Assembly (NCBI GenBank): GCA_031422435.1
Contig: JANPLU010000094.1
Coordinates: 1-12,737, forward strand
Source of the DNA: Acaryochloridaceae cyanobacterium VAR_48_metabat_390
GTDB taxonomy: Bacteria > Cyanobacteriota > Cyanobacteriia > Thermosynechococcales > Thermosynechococcaceae
Direction of reading: 5' to 3'
Length of the DNA stretch: 12,737 nt
Shown: positions 1-5,403 of the stretch, piece by piece
Numbering within the stretch: position 1 is the stretch's first letter
Layout of the letters: the number at the start of each line of letters is the position of its first letter
Program-made: the position numbers and the translations under genes
Notes under the pieces: model-generated
Databases searched by the model: none
Told to the model about the DNA's origin: nothing
The model's input: only the letters and a program-made list of their open reading frames with translations

Positions 1-339
1 CTGTAAGTTATTTAATTCACGATCCTTAGAAACACAGCGCCAACCATGTTCTAATTCCGGATCTAGTTGCTCGACACTATTTTTGATTAAAGCAAGCTTT
101 TTCTGACGGGGAAGCTGCTTGATGGCATACTCTGCCTGTAGAGCCTCTGTTTTTGTCTCAAACAAACAGTAGGCCAACAGCGTGACTGGTCGATTTGCCC
201 TTGTGTATCGTCCACCTTTGCCAGCATTATGTGCTTTAATGCGCTGCGCTACATTTTTGCTGTATCCCGTATAAAGCGAGCCGTTTGCACAATGGGCGAT
301 GTAGACGTAATGCTGTTCGGACAACTGTGGTTTTGACAT
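1..339 (-). CDS. GIY-YIG nuclease family protein (UPF0213/YhbQ-YazA-like); 3' end runs off the window
   Basis: Manual translation from ATG at 339: MSKPQLSEQHYVYIAHCANGSLYTGYSKNVAQRIKAHNAGKGGRYTRANRPVTLLAYCLFETKTEALQAEYAIKQLPRQKKLALI... It contains the YVY...LYTG, R..H.G.G.YT and EA...E..IK motifs of small GIY-YIG proteins. There is no stop before base 1, which explains its absence from the ORF track. Confidence 0.9.
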   Translation of the reverse strand, partial: MSKPQLSEQHYVYIAHCANGSLYTGYSKNVAQRIKAHNAGKGGRYTRANRPVTLLAYCLFETKTEALQAEYAIKQLPRQKKLALIKNSVEQLDPELEHGWRCVSKDRELNNLQ

Positions 340-492
340 CGCATGAATTGATTTGCAACCCTAGAACATCATCTTTTATACTCACACACAAGATTGACGC
401 ATTCCCTGCTTTTAGAGCGTACTGACAAAGTTAGTGGATGGGGTGGGTAAAGGCTATCGGTAACTACTGAATACGATTGTTAGGTTTAAAAA

Positions 493-705
493 ATGGCTCT
501 AGTGCCTTGTAAAGAATGTGGAACATTAAATAGCGAATATGCAGACATTTGCTTGAGCTGCGAGTTTCCGACGACAGGTCGCTCAAAAAAAGCCCTGTGG
601 CGATGGGTCGCATTTGGACTAGCAATAATGTTTGGGGCACCTTTAGCGCTATATGCCTTAGATCTGCTCAAAACGCCGCAAGCCGCTCCGAGCAAAAAGG
701 CTTAA
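493..705 (+). CDS. Small zinc-ribbon protein with a C-terminal transmembrane helix (hypothetical)
   Basis: CKEC-x10-CLSC motif, then a basic patch and a hydrophobic stretch (ALWRWVAFGLAIMFGAPLALYAL). Fills the gap between neighbouring genes. Confidence 0.7.
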   Translation: MALVPCKECGTLNSEYADICLSCEFPTTGRSKKALWRWVAFGLAIMFGAPLALYALDLLKTPQAAPSKKA

Positions 706-734
706 GCCACTGAATGCGATCGCCACTTGCGTTG

Positions 735-1385
735 TTAGCTTAAAAACGCTTGATCTGAAGATAGGGATTTGAGCGTTTGCACAGAAGGGTGTTCTAAATC
801 CTGTGGTATATCAATGTCAGTTAAGTAAGGTAAGAGAAAGGGCGTTAGGTTGAGCCGCTGGGCGATCGCCACAGTCTTCTCCAACACTTCCCCCGTACTC
901 CAAGCAATGTCTACAAACAGTTCAGGAACCAAGCGCCGTAGCCCAATCAGGTAGTAGCCGCCATCGATCGCAGGGCCAAGCACCAGCTCATGGTGCGCTA
1001 GGGCGCTAAAGCCTTGCGCCAGCAGCGCAGTGTTTAAGTCTGGGCAATCAGTCCCTACTACGAGCGCAGATGTATAGCCTTTGCTGAACACAGACTTGAA
1101 AGCGGAGACCATGCGATCGCCCAAATCGCCTTCAGGCTGCACACAATATTCCACATCGGTGCCGAGCCATTCCTGCATTTGAGCTAAGGTGCTGCTGCCC
1201 GTAAACCAAACTTCAATTGACAACCCCCTCGTCTGTCTTAGCGCCCTAGCCTGCGCCAGCGTATGCTCAGCCATCCGTTGATGAAGCGCTGCCGCACCCG
1301 CTGCACCTAACGCCGGAATGAGACGGGTTTTAACCTTCCCTGGCTGGGGGTAGCGGGTAAAAATAATGAGGTAGTCTTTAGACAC
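735..1385 (-). CDS. TIGR04282 family / DUF2064 glycosyltransferase-like protein (CofC/GT-A-like fold)
   Basis: Motifs IIFTRYPQPGKVKTRL, QPEGDLGDRM, VVGTDCP, LGPAIDGGYYLIG, IAWST and DIDIPQDL. GTG start. Confidence 0.88.
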   Translation of the reverse strand: MSKDYLIIFTRYPQPGKVKTRLIPALGAAGAAALHQRMAEHTLAQARALRQTRGLSIEVWFTGSSTLAQMQEWLGTDVEYCVQPEGDLGDRMVSAFKSVFSKGYTSALVVGTDCPDLNTALLAQGFSALAHHELVLGPAIDGGYYLIGLRRLVPELFVDIAWSTGEVLEKTVAIAQRLNLTPFLLPYLTDIDIPQDLEHPSVQTLKSLSSDQAFLS

Positions 1386-1390
1386 TGACG

Positions 1391-1406
1391 TGTAAAAATC
1401 CTTACA
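1391..1406. promoter_or_regulatory. Candidate NtcA-binding palindrome TGTA-N8-TACA
   Basis: TGTAAAAATCCTTACA lies in the divergent intergenic region and matches the GTA-N8-TAC consensus with flanking T/A. There is no canonical TA-N3-T 22 nt downstream. Confidence 0.35.
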
Positions 1407-1477
1407 AAAACTTGAAGTGGTTATGCTTACAGATGGGGCTTTTCACTCAATGCCACCTTCAGCACTTCAGGTTTACC

Positions 1478-2305
1478 ATGAATAACTCCTCAAAATTGGC
1501 GATCGCCACCACCCTTATTCTGCTTCTCGTCCTGTTTTTTAACCCCATTGTGCTCATTGGCCCAGGAGAGCGCGGAGTAATTACTCATTTTGGCGCAGTA
1601 GAGCCTGCGCCGCTGTCTGAAGGGATTCATGTAGTAGTGCCCGTGCGTGATCGCGTCACCCTCCTCGATGTAAAAGTGCAAAAACATGAGGTGCCCGCCA
1701 AAGGATCTACAAAAGATCTTCAGGACTTAAAGGCGGTGTTTGCCGTTAACTTTGCCCTCAAACCAGATATTGTGGCTCGCACCTTTCAGCAGCAGGGCAA
1801 CCTCAGCGAGATTGTCGAGCGTATTGTGGCACCCCAAACCCAAGAGGCTTTCAAAACCGCAGTCGCGCAGTTTACAGCAGAAGAATCCATCGTCAAGCGA
1901 CCGGAACTCAAGGACAGCTTTGACAAAATCTTGGGCGATCGCCTCAACAAATACGGTATTGAGGTCTACGACACCAGCGTGGTAGACATCCAGTTTTCGG
2001 TTGAGTTTGCCCAGGCCGTTGAAAGCAAGCAGGTTGCCGAACAAGAATCTCAGCGTGCGGTCTACATTGCCCAAAAAGCAGAGCAAGAGGCACAGGGGCG
2101 TATTAACCAAGCCACCGGAGAAGCCGAAGCCCAGCGCTTGCTTCAGCAGTCTCTCGACCCCAATATTCTCCGCAAGCAAGAGCTAGATAATCAGCGATTG
2201 GCGATTGAAAAATGGAATGGTCAGTTGCCCAATGTTAATTCTGGCGCAGTCCCCTTCCTTAATCTTAAGCCTCAGGAAGAAAGAGCCAGTTCTAAAGTAG
2301 GCTAA
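1478..2305 (+). CDS. SPFH/band-7 prohibitin family membrane protein
   Basis: N-terminal TM helix, GERGVITHFG, LSEGIHVVVP, SVVDIQFSVEFAQAVESKQVAEQE, an Ala/Glu-rich coiled coil and AIEKWNGQLP. ATG at 1478 (MNNSSK) is preferred over the ORF-track TTG at 1412. Confidence 0.9.
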   Translation: MNNSSKLAIATTLILLLVLFFNPIVLIGPGERGVITHFGAVEPAPLSEGIHVVVPVRDRVTLLDVKVQKHEVPAKGSTKDLQDLKAVFAVNFALKPDIVARTFQQQGNLSEIVERIVAPQTQEAFKTAVAQFTAEESIVKRPELKDSFDKILGDRLNKYGIEVYDTSVVDIQFSVEFAQAVESKQVAEQESQRAVYIAQKAEQEAQGRINQATGEAEAQRLLQQSLDPNILRKQELDNQRLAIEKWNGQLPNVNSGAVPFLNLKPQEERASSKVG

Positions 2306-2365
2306 TGCAAAACTTCTTATCTTAGGACTGAAACGTACTTTTTCTCTAGGTTAATATGAGCATAA

Positions 2366-2385
2366 GTTACAAAACTTGATAAAAT
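2366..2385 (+). promoter_or_regulatory. Putative ocp promoter: extended -10 (TGaTAAAAT) overlapped by an HLR1-like (RpaB) direct repeat
   Basis: GTTACAAA-ac-TTGATAAA at 2366-2383 against the HLR1 consensus (G/T)TTACA(T/A)(T/A)-N2-repeat: first half perfect, second half with 2 mismatches. TG-n-TAAAAT at 2377-2385. Confidence 0.45.
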
Positions 2386-2484
2386 ATAGCAACGCTACGT
2401 CATAACTTGAAACTACAGGGGTTCTTAGCGCCTGTAGTCAAAGCAACATTAGTGTTTCATTCTAAAAATTGAGAATTAAAGCCT

Positions 2485-3444
2485 ATGCCATTCACTATTG
2501 ATTCAGCACGCGGCATCTTTCCAGGAACCTTAGCCGCCGATGCCGTTCCGGCAACAATCGCTCGCTTTGTTCAACTCAGTGATGAAGACCAGCTTGCTTT
2601 AATTTGGTTTGCCTACACCGAAATGGGCACAACCATCACCATCGCAGCTCCAGGAGCCGCCAACATGGTCTTGGCTGAGCGAACCATGAATGAAATTAAG
2701 GCAATGTCGTTTGCTGAGCAAACAAAGGTCATGTGTGACCTTGCAAATCGGGCTGATACGCCCATTTGTCGTGCCTATGCATCTTGGAGCGTCAACATTA
2801 AGCTTGGATTTTGGTACCAGCTTGGAAAGTGGATGGAGGAGGGTACCGTTGCCCCCATTCCCGAAAGCTACAAGCTGTCTGCCAACGCAGCAGCAGTGCT
2901 ACAGGCAATCCGAGGGCTAGAACCTGGTCAGCAGATTACCGTTCTACGCAATTCGGTTGTTGACATGGGCTACGACACCGCTAAGATGGGCACCTATACC
3001 CGAGTGTCTGAACCCATCGCCATTCCAGTGGCGCCTGCTACCCGTGCTTCAGTTTCGATTGAAGGCGTTACAAACGAGACTGTGCTTAGCTACATCAACA
3101 ACATGAATGCCAATGACTTCGATGCGGTCATTGAACTGTTTGCCGCTGACGGTGCACTACAGCCTCCGTTCCAACGGCCTATTGTAGGGCGTGACAATGT
3201 TCTGAGATATCTCAGAGAAGATTGCCAAAACCTGAAGCTCTTACCTGAGCGTGGTGTTGTTGAACCCACAGATGATGGATTTAATCAGATTAAGGTCACG
3301 GGCAAAGTCCAAACGCCTTGGTTTGGTGCAGGGGTCGGCATGAATATGGCATGGCGATTTTTGCTCAATCCTGACGGCAAAATTTTCTTTGTTGCCATTG
3401 ACCTCTTGGCTTCTCCTAAAGAGCTACTGAACTTCGCTCGTTAG
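2485..3444 (+). CDS. ocp: Orange carotenoid protein (OCP1 type)
   Basis: N-terminus MPFTIDSARGIFPGTLAADAVPATIARF, then DQLALIWFAY, IKLGFWYQLG and GQQITVLRN. NTF2-like CTD with YINNMNANDF, LQPPFQRPIVG, KVQTPWFG and WRFLLNPDGKIFFVAIDLLASPKELL. Followed by frp, as is typical of OCP1. Confidence 0.98.
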   Translation: MPFTIDSARGIFPGTLAADAVPATIARFVQLSDEDQLALIWFAYTEMGTTITIAAPGAANMVLAERTMNEIKAMSFAEQTKVMCDLANRADTPICRAYASWSVNIKLGFWYQLGKWMEEGTVAPIPESYKLSANAAAVLQAIRGLEPGQQITVLRNSVVDMGYDTAKMGTYTRVSEPIAIPVAPATRASVSIEGVTNETVLSYINNMNANDFDAVIELFAADGALQPPFQRPIVGRDNVLRYLREDCQNLKLLPERGVVEPTDDGFNQIKVTGKVQTPWFGAGVGMNMAWRFLLNPDGKIFFVAIDLLASPKELLNFAR

Positions 3445-3463
3445 TAGAACAAACGTTTGAAGT

Positions 3464-3511
3464 GAGAGTAGGGGCAAATTGAAATTTCCCATTTAATTTG
3501 CCTCTTCTCTC
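3464..3511 (+). terminator. Long stem-loop between ocp and frp (terminator or 3'-stabilising hairpin)
   Basis: GAGAGtAGGGGCAAATTGAA pairs with TTTAATTTGCCTCTtCTCTC: ~20-bp stem with 1 mismatch and 2 G-U pairs, starting 20 nt after the ocp stop. Confidence 0.65.
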
Positions 3512-3592
3512 TAGATGACATAAAAGGGATTGGTAAGTTTTAAACACAAGAACCAAACTATAAAAAACCAAATTAAGAAACTAGGCTAGACA

Positions 3593-3919
3593 ATGCAAGG
3601 AATTGAGACAGATTGGTCTGAAGTTGAAAAGCAAGTCGCTCAAAACGCCTTTAAACAGGCTTACAACCGAGAGACTGAGACCTTGGTAAGTGAGATTCGT
3701 GACAAAGCAGGCGCAGTGACAGAGATTCAGGATATCTGGATGCTTCACGACTTTTTGAGTGCAAGAAGACATGAAATTGACGGCAAGTACGAAGATAGCT
3801 ATTCAGCTTTTATCTTTGTTTTTGCCAGGTTAGTGAGAGAAAAATGGCTGACCTTAGACGAGCTATCGGGACTACAGGCAGACAAACGTGCCAAAATCGC
3901 AGCCCTTTCGCGGATGTAA
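3593..3919 (+). CDS. frp: Fluorescence recovery protein
   Basis: WSEVEKQVAQNAFKQAYNRE, the IWMLHDFLSARRHEIDGKY signature, FVFARLVREKWL and KIAALSRM. 108 aa, directly downstream of ocp. Confidence 0.96.
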   Translation: MQGIETDWSEVEKQVAQNAFKQAYNRETETLVSEIRDKAGAVTEIQDIWMLHDFLSARRHEIDGKYEDSYSAFIFVFARLVREKWLTLDELSGLQADKRAKIAALSRM

Positions 3920-3998
3920 GCTGTAAAGGGGCATAAGCCTTTTGTCGATAAGTGCTGTAGCGCTAGTCATTGACGGATTCTTGGTGCGCAGTGATCGC

Positions 3999-4103
3999 CG
4001 CCAACCCCAATCGCCTCAAAACTTGTAGACCCGAATAAAGCTCATTATTCGGGTTTAGCAAGGAAAAAAGTCTAGAGGCAGCATATTCAGCAAGGGGTTG
4101 GCG
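3999..4103. other. Nested inverted-repeat structure (candidate structured RNA or non-autonomous element)
   Basis: CGCCAACCCC (3999-4008) and GGGGTTGGCG (4094-4103) form a perfect 10-bp pair. GCCTCaAaACTT / AAGTCTAGAGGC match at 10 of 12. Inner ACCCGAATAA (4029-4038) / TTATTCGGGT (4045-4054) is a perfect 10-bp pair with a 6-nt loop. Confidence 0.55.
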
Positions 4104-4151
4104 AGTTGCTTTTAAAAATAAAAAACTCATTCCCATTCGTAATCATGCCAA

Positions 4152-4184
4152 ACGTCGATTGAGCGGGGATTGAATTACTCAGCA
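4152..4184 (+). repeat. Outer direct repeat, left copy (ACGTCGATT + degenerate REP-like + ACTCAGCA)
   Basis: acgtcgatt-gagcggggattgaatt-actcagca matches 5672-5707 acgtcgatt-taaggttgggttgagcaaa-actcagca: identical 9-mer and 8-mer ends, with a related GG(G/A)TTGA core. Confidence 0.55.
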
Positions 4185-4196
4185 TATAAGCTAGTA

Positions 4197-4224
4197 GTAG
4201 CTTGGATTTCTCAACCCAAGTTCT
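4197..4224 (+). repeat. GTAG-type REP-like palindrome upstream of RAYT remnant 1
   Basis: GTAG-CTTGGATT-tctc-AACCCAAG: a GTAG tetranucleotide followed by an imperfect hairpin. Its GTAGCTTGG head is shared with 5366. Confidence 0.6.
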
Positions 4225-4229
4225 AAATC

Positions 4230-4440
4230 GTGGAGTATTGTAGAGCAAAATATCAGACGGCACCTATTTTTTACGCTGGTGATGCATCGTCGGCGATTGC
4301 TTTTGTGTGAGTCTCAAAATGTTGAGTTGCTGAAGTGATTGCCCTGATATGTTATGCAGCGACCTCCGTTTGCGATCGCTGCGTCGGTCATTTTGCCTAA
4401 GCACCTGCACTGCATTTTCGGCTATGGCAACTGCGATCGC
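4230..4440 (+). pseudogene. REP-associated tyrosine transposase (RAYT / TnpA-REP, Y1 HUH) N-terminal remnant, copy 1
   Basis: Reconstructs to MEYCRAKISDGTYFFTLVMHRRRLLLCESQNVELLK*LP*YVMQRPPFAIAASVILPKHLHCI after correcting two 1-nt deletions. It has two in-frame TGA stops, keeps the GTYFFT and LPxHLH (HUH) motifs, and is truncated before the catalytic Tyr region. Confidence 0.85.
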
Positions 4441-4481
4441 CACGTCTAGTAAAATAGCTGAGATTCTTTGTAGCACACCGC

Positions 4482-5342
4482 TTGAAAACAGACTCCATCT
4501 TCTACCGCATCTTTCAAACTGACCCTGGCATTCTCTTTGAATTGCTGGGTCAGTCTGCTGATTTGGCAGTGGGCTATGAGTTCCGCTCTGTGGAGATCAA
4601 ACAGCTTGCCTTTCGCATTGATGGGGTATTGCTCCCTACCCCTGATGCTGTTGACCAAACCGTTTGGTTCATCGAAGTGCAGTTTCAAAAAGACCCGCAT
4701 TTCTACCATCGCTTTTTCGCTGAAATCGCGTTGTTTTTAGATCAGCATCCCCATACGGTAGACTGGCAGGCCGTTGTACTGTTTCCTCGTCGCAGCATCG
4801 AACCTGACCAGACTCGTTTACACAGAGCGCAGTTAAACAGTGACCAAGTGCATCGGGTGTATCTCAACGAACTTAAGTCAAGCAATGCTTTAGGGGTAGG
4901 GTTAATGCAGTTGATTTTGGCAGATGCAGACAGTGCGGTCAGTCAAGCGCAGACCTTGATGACAAAGACGAGAAGCCAAGAGCAAACAAAGCCAAAGATT
5001 GCAGCGATAATAGGATTGATAGAAACGATACTGGTGTACAAATTTCCGCAGCTTAGTCGAGAGGAGATAGAGCGTATGTTTGGACTCAGTGAACTAAAAG
5101 AAACAAAGGTGTACCAGGAGGCTTTGCAAGAGGGTCGCCAGGAAGGTCGCCAAGAGGGTCGTCAAGAAGGTGAAGTATTGCTCATCTTGCGTTTGCTGAC
5201 CCGCCGCTTTGGTGCAGTTTCTCCAGGGATGCAAGCACAGATTCAGGCACTGTCGCTATCTCAGCTCGAATTGTTGGGTGAAGCGTTACTTGATTTCTCG
5301 CAGCCTTCTGAGCTACAGGATTGGCTACGTTCTCATGCCTAG
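4482..5342 (+). CDS. Rpn family recombination-promoting nuclease / putative transposase (DUF2887 PD-(D/E)XK domain + C-terminal DUF4351)
   Basis: MKTDSIFYRIFQ start, YEFRSVEIKQLAFRIDGV and FIEVQFQKD nuclease motifs, YKFPQLSREEIERM, QEGR repeats, and an LILRLLTRRFG...LELLGEALLDFS..ELQDWL tail. TTG start. Confidence 0.92.
   Translation: MKTDSIFYRIFQTDPGILFELLGQSADLAVGYEFRSVEIKQLAFRIDGVLLPTPDAVDQTVWFIEVQFQKDPHFYHRFFAEIALFLDQHPHTVDWQAVVLFPRRSIEPDQTRLHRAQLNSDQVHRVYLNELKSSNALGVGLMQLILADADSAVSQAQTLMTKTRSQEQTKPKIAAIIGLIETILVYKFPQLSREEIERMFGLSELKETKVYQEALQEGRQEGRQEGRQEGEVLLILRLLTRRFGAVSPGMQAQIQALSLSQLELLGEALLDFSQPSELQDWLRSHA
5076..5342 (+). CDS. Putative intragenic in-frame small protein (RpnS-like antitoxin, 88 aa)
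   Basis: AGAGGAG at 5060-5066 lies 9 nt upstream of an in-frame ATG (Met199). The product MFGLSELKETKVYQEALQEGRQEGR... covers the repeat helix and DUF4351. Confidence 0.5.
   Translation: MFGLSELKETKVYQEALQEGRQEGRQEGRQEGEVLLILRLLTRRFGAVSPGMQAQIQALSLSQLELLGEALLDFSQPSELQDWLRSHA
5127..5171 (+). repeat. 12-bp coding tandem repeat (QEGR x3.75)
   Basis: CAAGAGGGTCGC CAGGAAGGTCGC CAAGAGGGTCGT CAAGAAGGT. Confidence 0.9.
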
Positions 5343-5365
5343 GCTAGACGCTCCTTCCTCAATAG

Positions 5366-5393
5366 GTAGCTTGGGTTGAGGTACGAAACCCAC
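5366..5393 (+). repeat. GTAG-type REP element upstream of RAYT remnant 2
   Basis: GTAGCTTGGGTTGAGGTACGAAACCCAC: GTAG head plus a TGGGTT/AACCCA stem. It resembles the GTAGGTTGGGTTGAG...GAAACCCAAC repeats common in cyanobacteria and lies 10 nt before the RAYT ATG. Confidence 0.75.
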
Positions 5394-5403
5394 TCCCAAA
5401 CTT

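Noticed and set aside
486..695. Minus-strand 69-aa ORF
   Set aside because: Antisense to the Zn-ribbon/TM ORF, which has the more protein-like features.
1490..2920. ORFs 1490-1687, 1727-2179, 1740-1985, 2001-2186 and 2690-2920
   Set aside because: Shadow frames inside the prohibitin and ocp genes with no recognisable motifs.
4150..4185. GAGCGGGGATTGAA resembling the 3' end of a cyanobacterial CRISPR repeat
   Set aside because: There are no regularly spaced repeats or spacers and no cas genes. The segment aligns better with the degenerate REP-like copy at 5672-5707.
1943..4371. Absence of HIP1 across ocp-frp as evidence of horizontal acquisition
   Set aside because: A similar ~1.9-kb gap occurs within the ABC genes (9319-11264), so the gap is not distinctive at this HIP1 density.
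3581..4740. ORFs 3581-3772, 4446-4709 and 4537-4740
   Set aside because: Antisense or alternative-frame overlaps of frp and rpn with no supporting motifs.
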